This document shows, one piece after another, positions 13,944-27,550 of a stretch of 64,000 bases of DNA (positions within the stretch are counted from its first letter, which is position 1; each line of letters starts with the position of its first letter). Under the pieces are notes generated by a model, which was given only the letters and a program-made list of their open reading frames with translations, was not told the origin of the DNA and made no database searches. Source of the stretch: Eledone cirrhosa (Eukaryota); NCBI GenBank assembly GCA_964016885.1, contig OZ024746.1:75950001-76014000 (forward strand). Direction: 5' to 3'. Made by a program: the position numbers and the translations under genes.

Positions 13944-14320
13944 GCCAGTAGGCATCTCTAACAAAATACACCCCGTCCCACCACCACCACCACCACCCCA
14001 TCCACACCACCCCGTTCTATGTAAAGTTATGTTGGTGCCGCGCCATCCAGGCCGAAACAAATGAGATCGTGTAGGTGTCACGACAAAAAAACACACAGTC
14101 CACGCTGTAATGTGGCCGTGTAGGCAACACGGTAAAAACCTCCCAGACCCACACTGTAAATGTGGTTGGTGTTAGGAAGGGCATCCAACTGTAGAAAACC
14201 TGCCAGACAGTCCTATGCGAGCAAGACAATCACTCTTGCCTCAAGTGGGACTACCCCCGTCCAAACCCATGCAAGTGTGGAACACGGACATTAAACGTTG
14301 ATGATGATGATGATGATGAT
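13944..14320 (+). mobile_element. Non-autonomous retroposon with RTE-type tail (family C)
   Basis: ggaagggcatcc body, ccatgcaagtgtgg stem-loop and (TGA)n tail. Close inverted copies lie at 32425-32815, 38290-38430 and 50095-50265. Related copies lie at 40790-41105 and 42980-43375(-). Confidence 0.75.
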
Positions 14321-17300
14321 AAGTAGAGTATAGAATTTAAATTTACTAGGAAATAGCTCATAGTGACATTTTATATATATATACACACCATCATCAACTT
14401 CATCTAATGTCCATTTTCTCTGCCAGCAAGAAATGAATGGGTCATCACAGACTAAGTCAGTACTTAATCGGAGCCACAGACCTCACAGCTGTGTCAGAGT
14501 TTGCATTTTGCTTTCATATGTTCTTACACTCTTTCTCTCTATATAGGTATCAATTGAAAAAATAAAATTACACACACACACACACCATTGAAGGTTCTTG
14601 TTAGTTCTGTCATGGACAGACAACCTCCTAAAATGCACCCTATAAACTGTAGCTTAGTGGTTGGTGGTAGGAATAGTATCCATCTGTAGAAACCATGTCA
14701 AAATTTGAGCATATGTAAGCAAGATGTAGTCCTCAGTGTATCTGGGGAGTCAGAGATTCTGAGTAAGTATTAATTTCATCTGTGATGACCCCATCCAACT
14801 GATGCCAGTATGGACAACTGGATATTAAATGAGGATGATAATATACACAACAGGCTTCTACATAGTTTATGTCTATTATGTCAGTATACACCAGATAGAT
14901 CTGCAGCACAATTTCATCATTATCATTGTATACATGTTTTTCCACCCATGCATTATTTAGACTCAGCACAAGTTCCCTCCAGTTGTTGCATTCCTTCAAC
15001 ATTTCCACGAGGTTCAGTGATTTTAAGATCAGCCCTGGCTACTTCTGCCTAGCTCTTCTTTGGTCTTCTACAGCTGCTTCCTTCCATTGAGGTCTCCTAA
15101 CACTTCTTCACCCAACTATCATCATCTATATGTATCACATATCCATACTAGCACAATCTTCTATGCTGAACACACATCATCATCCTTACACACTACATAT
15201 CCATACTCTTGTAGCCACTCTCCTCACTCTGATACACCCATGCCTCCTCCTCTAACACACCCTAGCTGCTATTCTCACTATCATTACATGCCCACTTCTA
15301 CATTCATCCCTTAGCTGCATCCTCCCCTCCTCTCCCATAAAACCCTTAGATACCCTCGCTATCATACCCTGGTAGCTACTCCCTGCATCCTACCCATGCT
15401 TCCGACAGCGTTCTCATCTCCATGAGAAAGAAAAATAAGTTGCGGCTTGGGGCAAGAGGACCCTTCAGTCATTCTATGGTTCGACAATCTCTCTAGTATT
15501 GGTAACTTATGATAAACACACCCAGGGCACACTGTAAAGTGGTTGGTGATAGGAAGAACATACATTCACAGAAAGCATGACAATCTTTCCTGAGCTCTCA
15601 ATAGAACACAAGACTATATGTAAGCAAGATGCAGATCCTTGGCCTATCTGGGAGATGAGTAGCCCTGCTTCAGTACTGACTTGGTATATGTAGACCCATC
15701 CAACTCTAGCAAGGAAAACGGATGTTAAAAAAATGATGATGATAATAATATATGTATATAAAGATCAGCAAGAAAAAACAACATGGAAGAATAATACAAT
15801 GCAGTCATGTTATATTAGTTTAATGCTTGATATAGTTGGAAAAGAGTCTTCATTTCTCGGACACTTGTCCTTCATTGGAAGATAACATGAAAGAGAAGAG
15901 AGGGTGTTTATGAGAAGAAAAAGGAAGACACCAGAGAAAATGGTGGTGGTGGTGGTGGTAGGAAGATGTAAATAGAGAAAGCGTGTGTTGTTAGTCTGCC
16001 ATCTTGATATATATATTTCTTATCCACTTCCTATAAAAAATTAAAAAAACAACACAAAAACAGGTTTTAAAAACATGCTTAAATCATATCTTATAATAAT
16101 CAGAAGAAGGTGCTTCATGAGGTCAAGTTAAATATGAAAATGTTCTAAAAAGATAAAGTGGGGGAAAAAACATGAAAACCATGCACAAGAATCCATAATT
16201 TTCTTCTCTGACTAACTTCTGGAGAGGAAATCATAGTAAATCTTTGGAAAATGAAATAAAAATAAAATAGAATAGAATGAAAATAGAAATAATAAGACAA
16301 AAAAGTTGGGTACTATTTATAAACTTCAAAGATAAAATACATGTAAAATAAACTAATTAAGCCACATGGTTTGAAGATTGTTGTTCATTATAATTGATTA
16401 ATGTTGAGTGAAGTGTATCAAGGAAGTTCATGGGGCTTCCCCTTCCTCCTCCTCATTATCATAATGATCATGGTCACCATCATCATCATGACCCTAGCCA
16501 CTACTACCATCATCAATACCATCACCATCAAACCCAGTCCCCACCACTGCCACTATCACAGTGACCACTACCACTTTTATCATAATAACTACCATTATCA
16601 CAGCCTTTAGTACAACTATCATGCTCACCCCACTACCACCAGCCCTTACCATCAACAAGATCATCACCACCACTACTGTCCCATCACCATTACTTCCACT
16701 GCTCCTACCACCACCACCACCACTACTGCCAACTTTGCAATCATCATCATTACAACTACCATCACCACTGCTGTGATCACTACTACTATTACCATAATGG
16801 CTACCATTATCACAGCCACCAGCATAACTATCATCTTCATCACACTACCATCATCATCTTTCCTCATGTCATTTCAACCACCGCCACAGCTGCCAGCAGC
16901 AGCTCTAATAGCTTCGGATTGTTCACAATTTTTTTCTGGAATACAATCACCTTCTCTACCACACACACAGGAAAAAAGTTGACCTCCAAAAACCATTTGA
17001 CAAACTTCTTTAATTGGGAGGATAGGAAAAAGAGTTCATGTTAGTTTGCTCATTCAAAAGCATACACTCCAACTGGCCTAGTTCTAAGATGTTAGCTTGC
17101 AATGGAAATATCTAACCCCCAGTTTTAAGCAGTGTCTCCTTATCAATAAAGTATGCAAGGCAGCCAGCCTGTTGTAAGTCATACACAATGAAGGATACAC
17201 AATGTATTGAATTCTCAATGAGGTTATTTACTTTAACCCTTTCATTACCATATTTCTAATGTAAGACACTGCCTATAACTTATACATCATTTTGAAAATA

Positions 17301-20300
17301 ATTGAAAATTTGAATGGATTTATTAATGTAACCAACTTTCTCATTATTAAATTGGTGCTTAGAACGTAACAAAAGTTTTACATAAAATTTTGATGGAAGG
17401 TTTTTAGATAAATATAAACAATTTAACCTTTTCATTGCCATATTTCTAATGAAAAACATTATCAATGATTTCCAAGACACTGTGAAAATAATCAAGAATT
17501 TAGAAGGATTTAGACCTTTCATTGCCATATTTTTAATGGAAGACACTGCCTATGATTTTCAAATAAGTTTTAAAATAGTGAATTAGGAGAGATTTAAGAA
17601 TATAATTAACTTTCTCATTAAGTTGGTGTTTGGAACATAACTTAAGTTCTTACATAGAATTATGATGAAAGTTTTTTTTAGATAAACATAAACCCTTTAA
17701 AATAAACAGCTTTGTCTTGTTGAACCAGAGGTGGTGTGAGTCTGATTGTTTGGGGGGTTTGGCTCACAATCATAAGGCTGTGAATTTGATTCTTGGCAGT
17801 GCATTGTGTCCTTGAGCAACACTCTTTGTTTCATGCTGCTCCAGTCCACTCACCTGGAAAAACATGGAATTGTATCTGTAATTTAAAGGGCTGGCCTTGT
17901 TATACACTCTTTTGTGCTGAATCTCGCTGTGAACTATATTAAAAGTCACATAGGTTTGTGGAATTTTCTGCCACTTCCACATTGATTTCATGAGCAGGCT
18001 GGCTGTTGGAACTAATTGAAACACACCCACCCACTTTAAAGGGTACCTATTTAAATTAAAATTTTCAAACATAGTCTTAATAATTTTAATAAATACCTCA
18101 AAATTCTTCATTAATTATATGAAATAGAATGTATTTCATTAGAAATATGGCCATAAAAGGATTAAAACACCCAAGAAAGTTCCATTTTTTTAATTGTTGA
18201 TAATGAAATATAAACTGCTAACTATATACAGAGTGAGTAGTAAAGTAGTAATCCAGCACTTTAACAATTTGGTCTTCTTCAACTCTCATAGTCTTTAGTA
18301 AGGATTTGTCAATGGTTTACTACATTTATAACTGTAATATCCAACTCTTCATCACTTGTTTGTGTCAATTAATAATCATCTAACGTTTGTGTTATCATAT
18401 TTCTAATAAAAAAAAACACCATCTATGGTTTTCAAATCATTTTGAAAATAATCAAGAATTTGGAAGGATTTAACACTATAACTAATTTTCTTATTATTAA
18501 GCTGGTGTGTGAAACAACAAAAGTTCTTACATAAAATTGTGATGAAAGGTTTTTAGATAAATATATACACTAAAATATACAGTTTTGTTTCATAAAACCT
18601 GAGAGCAGTTTCAGGTAGTTTGGTATTAAAAGGGTTAAGAATTTTGTCTGCTTCAACTCGCATAGAATTTCTTGTTTGATAAGTAAGTGTTTGCTAATGG
18701 TTTTTTATGACTGTAATCTCCAACTTTTTGTGGCTTGTTTGTCTCATTTGATTATCCTGTAAACACTTTAAAAAGATGATGTTTATGTAAGTTGATGAAA
18801 CTTATAAATGATGTGATGTGATGTGATGTTCTATCTGCTTTAATTTCTCAACTGGTAATGTTTGTTAGCAATCAACTTAATATATGTACACAGACAAATT
18901 AATCTCTTATGTACATTAACAATTACCTACTTATGTATACAATCAGTCAATTCACTGTATACTTAAGCAGTTAATCAAATGTGTAGGTAAGTACATTTTA
19001 CTTTTAGTGTAGACATAAATCACTAATATACACAGTACTTTGTGTTTGTGTGTGTGTGGTTTTAGTTATGATTTAGTCTGAGGAGGAAGAGGTGCAGTAC
19101 TCATGAACATCACTGGTCCTTTTAGCTTAGTGAAATTGCAAATATTTGATGTTCAGCTTGAAACTCTACTGGCTGATTGCCTGTAAAAAAAAATTAATTT
19201 AATTTAGATTGGAAGGAGCTTATTGTCAGATTGAACCAAGGAAACTAAATTTCCATTGGTCTTTCCATCGCTGATACTATCTGTCATTCATGACTCCAGG
19301 AAGAAACATTACCAATTTTCTGGTGGCAGGGGGCAGAATTTGAATTCAGAATATACAGAGTTATAACGGATACTACAAGGCATCCCATCTGATGCTTTAA
19401 CAATTTTGCCAATCCAACACTCTTGAACTGATAAATCATTTATCAACTCTAAAAGAATGAAAAGCAAAGTTGACCTCAACAGGTTTTGAACTCAGAATGC
19501 AGAGAACTAGAAAAAATGTTACAAATCACTTAAACTGACAAACTAATGACTATCAATTCACTGCCTTATTTAAATTAATTTCACTTAATTTTAATACAAC
19601 CACCATATGACCTTTGTGTGTCTTTAGCTGCGTCCACTCCCTTCAGTCTGAGTATAACTTCCTATAATCCCTACCACCAATTACGGAGGCTCTTATGACA
19701 ATCATGGGTACTACTTGTTTTTCTCTTCTATTCCATTAGAGAGAATTACAAAGTGCTACAGATCTGGAGAGGTATGAATGAGAAAAGTGTTGAATGTGAG
19801 TGAAATTTGTGAGGCTGAGGCTGAATGAGGATAATGGGAAGAGGGGGAAGAGAAAAAGTGACATGTGCACAGTGTGTGGTAGGTAGTTTGCTTGTTCAAC
19901 AGAGCAGAAAACATTATGGTAGCAGTTGAAGAGACCAAGATAAGAAACAGTTTGTTTGTGAGTCAGAGGTTACAATTTGTGCAAATGTTATCATCCTTAC
20001 ACATTCACCAATGAAGCTAGTAAAGAAGAAAAGAAATCAATGATATTTAGCAATAATAGTAATAATAATAAGGGTTTGTTTTATTGGTCACAAGGGCCCA
20101 AGTCATTGGGGACAATTACAGGGATGAAAAATGATATTAAGAGCAGTAATTACAATAATAGTAGTACTAATAGTAATAATTGTTTCTACTTTTGGCGCAA
20201 GGCCAGCAATTACCCAGTGCATTACTGGTACTTTGTTTTATCGACCCCGAAAGGATGAAAGGCAAAGTTAATAATTGTTTCTACTTTAGGCACAAGGCCA

Positions 20301-21061
20301 GCAATTACCCAGTGCATTACTGGTACTTTGTTTTATCGACCCCGTAAGGATGAAAGGCAAAGTCAACCTCGGCGGGAAGTTAATAATGGTTTCTAATTTT
20401 AAGTACAAGGCCAATAGTTTTTAGGGAAGAGGATAGTTAATTATATCAGCCACACTACTTTATTAGTACTTTATTTTATTGACTTGACTCCTGAAAGGTG
20501 AAAGGCAGCGTTGGACATTGGCAGGATTTGAACTTAAAAAGTAAAGACTCGGAACAAAGAATACAAAGCTTTTTGTTGGCTGCCCTAACAAGTTTGCCTA
20601 TCTCCACCACCACCATAATAATAATAATAATAATTATTATTATTTCTAACATTGACACAAGGGCAGCAATTTGGGGGAAGGGAAAAGTCAATTATATCAA
20701 CCTGCTTTTCTTTGACAATACTGTTTCTTTTTATCTTACTTCTAAATAGAAATATGGTAACAAAAGGGTTGAGATGATGGGAGTGTGATTTGGGAGAGAT
20801 TTGGTTGCTATTTCCAACAGATCCAGTGACTACATAGAGTCTTCTCCGTTTATTCATGTTTTCTGTGATATTTTGTTGTATCTAATTCTATGTAAATGGC
20901 TTGTTATATGTTCATACACACCTCAGGGTAAGCATTATGTTTGCTTATCAAATGTACCAACTTGAGGAGGTGTGGTGTTGTTTTATCTTACATTTCTAGC
21001 AAACCAGGTTCTACCAGTAATGTACTGGGTAATTGCTGGCCTTGTGCCTAAAGTAGAAACA

Positions 21062-21100
<39 letters not shown>

Positions 21101-21111
21101 GTTATTGTTAT

Positions 21112-21457
21112 TCCTTGAATCTCAGTCATTGATGTTGGTTAACTGGAAAGTCCGTTGGATTGAATATCAAGCCACTACCTGCAGCCTCAGATATTCAGGA
21201 CGTATCGGAGGGTTCTTGTTGTTCCAAGCAAGCATGCCTTTTGAAGCGTTCCAAAAAGCGTGAAGGGGCCGATTTTCTTTAACCATCCCTGGAAACCTTT
21301 GGAGATAGTCCCCAGTGCGCCTATGACAATCGGGATCACTTTGACTTCATGGCAGTTCCAGATCCTTTTCACCTCCCACTTTAGGTCCTGGTATCGGTTA
21401 ATTTTCTCCCTCTCCATCTCTTGCACTCTCGTGTCGAACGGGCAGGCCACATCCACA
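21112..21457 (-). mobile_element. 5'-truncated R4/Dong-like non-LTR element (restriction-like endonuclease C-terminus)
   Basis: Stop-free DVACPFD...EKINRYQDL...VIPIVIGALG...LQKACLLGT, embedded in (TAA)n on both sides. Confidence 0.85.
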
Positions 21458-21511
<54 letters not shown>

Positions 21512-21614
21512 GCATGTGTGTCACATCATTAAACTGCTAGTTTTAGTTTTGTATTACATTACTCCATCTTGTAACAAATAGTTTCAGGTGATTATTTGAA
21601 GCTCATTATTACTC

Positions 21615-21988
21615 CGGTGGATTGGCAGTATCGGTAGAGGGTCGGACGCCATGCTTTCCAGCATAGTTACGTCCCTTTGCGGTCTGAGTTCAAATCCCGC
21701 CGAGGTTAACTTTGCCTTTCATCCTTACGGGGTCGATAAAATAAAGTACCAGTAATGTACTGGGTAATTAATGGCCTTGTGCCAAGAGTAGAAACAATTA
21801 TTACTCGTGGATTGGCAGTATCGGTAGAGGGTCGGACGCCATTCTTTGCAGCAAAGAGTTACGGCCCTTTATGGTCTGAGTTCAAATCCCGCCGAAGTTA
21901 ACTTTGCCTTTCATCCTTACGGGGTGGATAAAATAAAGTACCAGTAATGTACTGGGTAATTGCTGGCCTTGTGCCAAAAGTAGAAACA
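21615..21988 (+). mobile_element. Two tandem SINE family A copies
   Basis: Two near full-length copies are separated and flanked by attattactc. Confidence 0.9.
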
Positions 21989-24900
21989 ATTATTACTCTC
22001 TCTCTTTCACCCACTCACTCAACTCCTCTCTCATACACACACACATATATATATGTGTTAAAAACAGTATTAATACAATCCTAGTATAATACATTTGTCA
22101 TATTAGTATAACACTTTAAGATTTCAGACACTAATCCTCCATTGAAAAATAGATACAGAGTGAAGGCAGGATGTGCAAGTCACTACTTGAAATTTCTCAT
22201 CCCCAGTCCAATATATATATACAGTACTCTATATGTAACTGTGGAAGTTCTGTTAAAGATCGCTGTATCCAAATATCTGGACACAGTTCTTCAGGCCTAC
22301 TGTATATTCTTTAAGTTATTGTCTCTCTCAGTATTATTCCTTCTTCACTTTGTTTTCTCAAATCTACTTTGCTAATAAGATTTATGTTGCATATTTAAAT
22401 AGTAACTGTTCAATTTACACCTGTAGCTATTATACATGTTATTTTGAAAGTAATCTATTGAAAGATGCAACAAACACAAAATTCAAACTGCTATATTAAC
22501 AGTTTTAAGACATAAACTGTTCTAAATTAATCATCATCATCATCATCATCAGCATCACTGTTGCAGGGTTAAGAAATTCACTTTGCACATATATGGTTCT
22601 GTGTTTGATTCCACTGTGTAGGAATCTTTGGCAAATGTCTTTCACTGTAGTCATGTGGTGAAAGTTTGTAAATGAACTTATCTTGTTTTATGAAATATAT
22701 TAACTCTGTAAAATAGTAGTGCTGGTGCCACAATAAAATGCACCTAGTACACTCTGTAAAGTTGTTGGCAATAGGAAAGGCATCCAACCATAGAAATCTT
22801 GCTGAAGTAGAATGTATGAGCCTGATGAGCTCTTCAGACTATGTCAGTCCATCCAGTCCATGCCAGCTTTGAAAACTGACATAAAAAAAAAGATCAGACA
22901 CCTTTCTCTCCGGTGAACAACTGGTTTGCTTCTTCAAATATCATTTTAGAAGAAGAATCAGAGTGGAGAGAGAGGTGCTGTACCGCAGCAAAATTTACGA
23001 AAGGTGGGTGAATGTGGGAAGGATGGCCCGAGTGGTGGGGCCTGTAGGTCGAGGAAGAGAGGAGAGGAGTGCTCCTGGAGATGAGGGTTGTACATTTTTT
23101 TCGGGGTGTGTGCAACCCATTTGTAACACCTCCCCCCCTGTTGGGGATTTAGTTTGTTTTATTAATCATTTTTGTTATACATTTTTACATGCCTTGTATG
23201 TAAACTCCCCAATTGTATTTGTCTCCATCTTTTGCGCCCTTGTGGCAAATAAAGAAATATATCATTAATTTTTTCTGATTCCAGTTGTTTTACATAAGAT
23301 TCTTAACATATCCAAAGGCTCAAACATATTGCTTAACTGTATACATGATTGTTTGATCTGTTAAAAATAGCAACTAAAGCTCCTTCATATCAGATCTTTG
23401 AATGAAGACACATTAGATGGTTTTGGCTGGAATGTCTTTGTTAACACCACAGAATAGTAGTGTTTGAATTTGATGTTACCAACATTTGCCCATGCAAGCC
23501 ACCCCCCCCCCACACACACACACACACGCACTCCATGCTACCAATGTTGTCCAAGGGAAAGGCAAAGGCTAATACAGCTCAGCACCAGTGAAATCACAAC
23601 TCAATTTTTCTAGTCAAATGGACTGGTGTAATGTAAAATAAAATGTCTTGTTCAAGCACATAATGTGTTGCCCAGTCCTGGAATCAAACTAATTACCTTA
23701 GTATTGTGAGCCCTAACCACTAAGCCACACATCTTCATATTTATAGCAGTGTTTATTTTCGATGCCATAGTGTTGCCATAGTAATTTATCTTATATTAAG
23801 TTGTTCTGTATTCACTTTAAAATGGAAAAATATAAAACTAAATGTTTGCATGATTTAACCTTGATATATATTGTGGATAATTTCCTTTTTTTTTTCATCA
23901 TTAAAAATATAAAAATAATTTATTTCATTAGTGTTGTGATTATAGCATATTGATCATTAGCATCCAACTGCAGTGACTTTTTGTGGCACACATTTTAAAT
24001 GGTTGAGAAAACTCTTATATGTAGCAGTAGATGTTTTGATAAACATAATTACTACTTTATTCAGTTGTATGCTGTTTAGTTACCATAGAAACCAATAAAA
24101 GTAAATGCCTGCTCATGCAAGCTTCTTGGAGTTTCTATCCTATGAGAGAATGTATTTATCCATATCAGGAAATAGATTTTACTTCTTGCATTCTACATCA
24201 GCACACTGGTGCTTGACGTAAAACAAATCTTAGGATTAATTCTTCTGATACCCAATCACTTGAAACCATCTCTGGCACCACAATACAAAATGGTTTATTT
24301 GAAAGTGTTTATATTTATTTAAAAACTGTCTATCATAATTTTATGTAAGAGTTTTTGTTAAGTTATGCTCTAAACATCAGCTTAATAATTATAGTATTAG
24401 TTATATTAGTAAATCCCTTTAAATTCTTGATTACTTAAAAAACTATTTGAAAATCCTAGGAAGTGTTTATAATTAGAAATATGGTAATGAAATGGTTAAT
24501 TCATTTTCAGTCAGAGAAATCCCTTTTGATATCGATCCACCTAAAATCAGCTCTGGTTCTATGAAACCACCCATTTTAATGGCTTTTTTCAGCAAGACCC
24601 TTTTGTTAAGTTATGTTACATCTTCATAATGAAATAATTATGGTTTTAGTAAATCTCTCCAAATTCTGTATTCATTAGTTCAAATATAGTGTATTTCATT
24701 AGAAATATGGTAAAGAAAAGGTTAAACTATACATAAAAACCAGTCATTGAGATGAACCAGTTAAAATCAATGATGATATTGCTTCATTCCATCTTGTACA
24801 CAGAAACATTAAAATTCTAGATAATTTCTTTTATATGCATACTTCCTTTGTTTTGAATGAGTTCTATGTAAATTAAGTTTGGATTTTATAACATGCATGG

Positions 24901-26547
24901 CTTCATAGTTATAAAGTTCACTTTTCAACTACATGGTGCTGGTTTTAACTCCACAGTGTAGGAATCTTTGGCAAATGCCTTCTACTGTGATTGGAATTTG
25001 GTTGATGGAAACTGTGAGGAAGCTTGACATATGCATGTTTGTGTATGTGTGTGTGTAAAAAAGAATGTTTGATAACATTCTCTCACATATTTGTGATGGT
25101 ATTTCTAATAACATGCATTCTACTTCAATCAATTAATAAGTTATTTTGGGGATTTAATAAAATTATTTAATTACTAAGATAGTAACTTAACATATGGTTC
25201 TTATTTGGTTTTGTTAAAATCAAAAGAGTTAAATGATTGCACCCAAAGTATCAGATAGATTGTTAGTTCTACGCATCAACATTTATCATTGTTTGCACTC
25301 TTGTACATGAAGTGTGGATTATTAAGCAGATATTACATTTGTTTGTAATCTGAGTCATACTTTTATTGTCATAAATAATGTTTGGATTAATAGCATTGTC
25401 ATTCATTTACTTTGTTTTCTGTTGTTTATCTGATCCCTCACCCTCTCCTCTCACCTTTGTCACATGAGGTAATTGTTTTCTTATGAAATATCTGGCACCA
25501 AAGCTCTTGATATTTCGTATGCATTTCAAAATTTTGAGAGCAAAGTAAATGTTTAGAAGCTGAAACTTCTTGTTGAAGCATAAATGTCAGTTTCATGTTT
25601 CCAATTGTTCAAATAGGTGAAGGAAAGAGAAGCTGTATAAGCAAGAACATTTACAAACACATAAAATATTATTAGTCTACAGTACATCAGGATTTGATTG
25701 GTTGAACCCCCCCCCCCCCCCCAAAAAAAATTTGAAAAAGTACCTCAACCCCCCTCTCTCTATCTACATACACACATATATACATTTAACCCATACTAGC
25801 ATGGAAAAGTAACAAGAGAAATGATGATAATATATGTATATAGTGTGTGTAGTCTAGTGGTTCAGGTGATGGCCTCATGATCATAAAGTCATGCATTGCA
25901 TGTGTGTTGTGTTCTTGATTGAGCAAGGCATTTCATTTCATGTTGCTTTTTATGATAAGATTGAATCCCTATCATTAAAACACATGAGAAACCTCCTATG
26001 AAATGCAGCCTCCTAGGAGGCCAGCCAAACCCACATAGATGTGAGCTGTAAGTTTCACTTTTTTACCATATATATATATTACAGTGGTTGTAATCTGAGT
26101 CATCTAGCCATAGAAAACATGCCAAACAAAGGGGCGAGAGGACTCTTCAGTTGTATCAAAGATATGACCACCACCTTAATACTGGTGTCACAATAAAATG
26201 CATCAAGCAAACTTTGTAGAGTGTGGGAACATATGTAAGCAAGAGAGGGCCCTAGCCAGTCTGAGAAGTTAGGGACTCTGATTAAAGTACTAACTTTGTC
26301 TGTGATGACATATCCAACCTTTGCTAGAAGAGAAAGTGGACATTAATTATATATATCATCACCAATATCTATTTTCCAAGGTTGCATGGGTTCTGAGGTT
26401 AGACTAGCTAGACAGGTCTTGTTCATGTCTTCCATTTTGGGCTTGGTTTCTGTGACTGGATGCATTTTGTAATGCCAACTACTATAAATGTGTACTTGGA
26501 ACATTTTATTGTGGTACCTGCACTACCATCTTACAAAGTGGACTGTG

Positions 26548-26578
<31 letters not shown>

Positions 26579-26590
26579 ATATCTATCTAT

Positions 26591-27326
26591 CGACTGTGCT
26601 CAGGCGCTCACAGTCCTCTGGCAATCGGACCCGGCGATCAGTGGAGACTCCACTTCGACATTCCATAGAGGGTTGGACCCTTCGAAAAAGATCTGTCTGA
26701 GATGCGTGCACGACGAGGAAACCGTCGCACACGCATTTGTACACTGCCCGGGTGTTACCGACCTGTGGGGCTATGTAGAATGACTATTGTCGTGGGTGGG
26801 ACCAATCTAGTTGATCACCGAGTCCATTGTCATGATCAAACCGCCACCCTCCTTCAAAAACGAAGGAGAGGCGGTTTTCCTATATGTTATGGCTATGATG
26901 AAAGAGGTTATATGGTGGACGAGGTTAAAAGGGCTGAGGTCAGGCACCTTTCTCTCCGGCGAGCAACTGATTCGTTTTTTCAAATATCATTTTGGAAGAA
27001 GAATCAGGATGGGTGCTGTACCCCAGCAAATTTTATAAAAGGTGGGTGAAAGATGGCCCGAGTGGTTGGGCCTTCTCTCTATATAAGCCTGTAGGTTGAG
27101 GAAAAAGAGGAAGAGAAGAAGGGAGTACTCACTCTTGGTGCTCCTGGAGATGAGGGTTGTACATTTTTTCGGGGTGTGTACAACCCCTGTGTAACACCTC
27201 CCCCCTATTAGGGATTTCAATTGTTATTTGTTGTTTTATTAATAGTTTTATTTTCATATACCTGTATGTAAACTCCCCATTTGTATTTGTCCCCTTCTTT
27301 TGTGCCCTTGTGGCTAATAAAGAAAT
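26591..27326 (+). mobile_element. Tx1/L1-clade LINE 3' fragment
   Basis: CCHC knuckle CLRCVHDEETVAHAFVHCP and 3' end cccttgtggctaataaagaaat. A second homologous 3' end lies at 22896-23260. Confidence 0.82.
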
Positions 27327-27443
27327 TTATCTTTCTATCTATCTGTCGGTCGGTCTATCTCTCTCTCTGTCTGTGTGGTTATGTATGTATAAAATTATCA
27401 ATAATAAAAAAAAAATCAAATATGTCAGCTATCCTATGATATA

Positions 27444-27550
27444 TAGGGTATCCCCCCCCCCCCCCAATGTATACATACTTCAATAACATTCTAATAAATA
27501 TTGCCTGTACAGGTAATCAAAGTGTGTACACATTATTTTGGGACACCCTG
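27444..27550. mobile_element. Small Tc1/mariner-like MITE
   Basis: tagggtatccc ... gggacaccctg|TA inverted ends. Confidence 0.5.

Noticed and set aside
15845-15885. Seventh hammerhead (minus: CCAAUGA AGGAC AAGU GUCC GA GAAA)
   Set aside because: The core has several changes and stems I and III cannot be closed. It is at best a relic.
22822-22880. CTGATGA cores on the plus strand (also 28861, 36096, 42699)
   Set aside because: There is no properly placed stem II, GAAA and UH, so these are chance matches.
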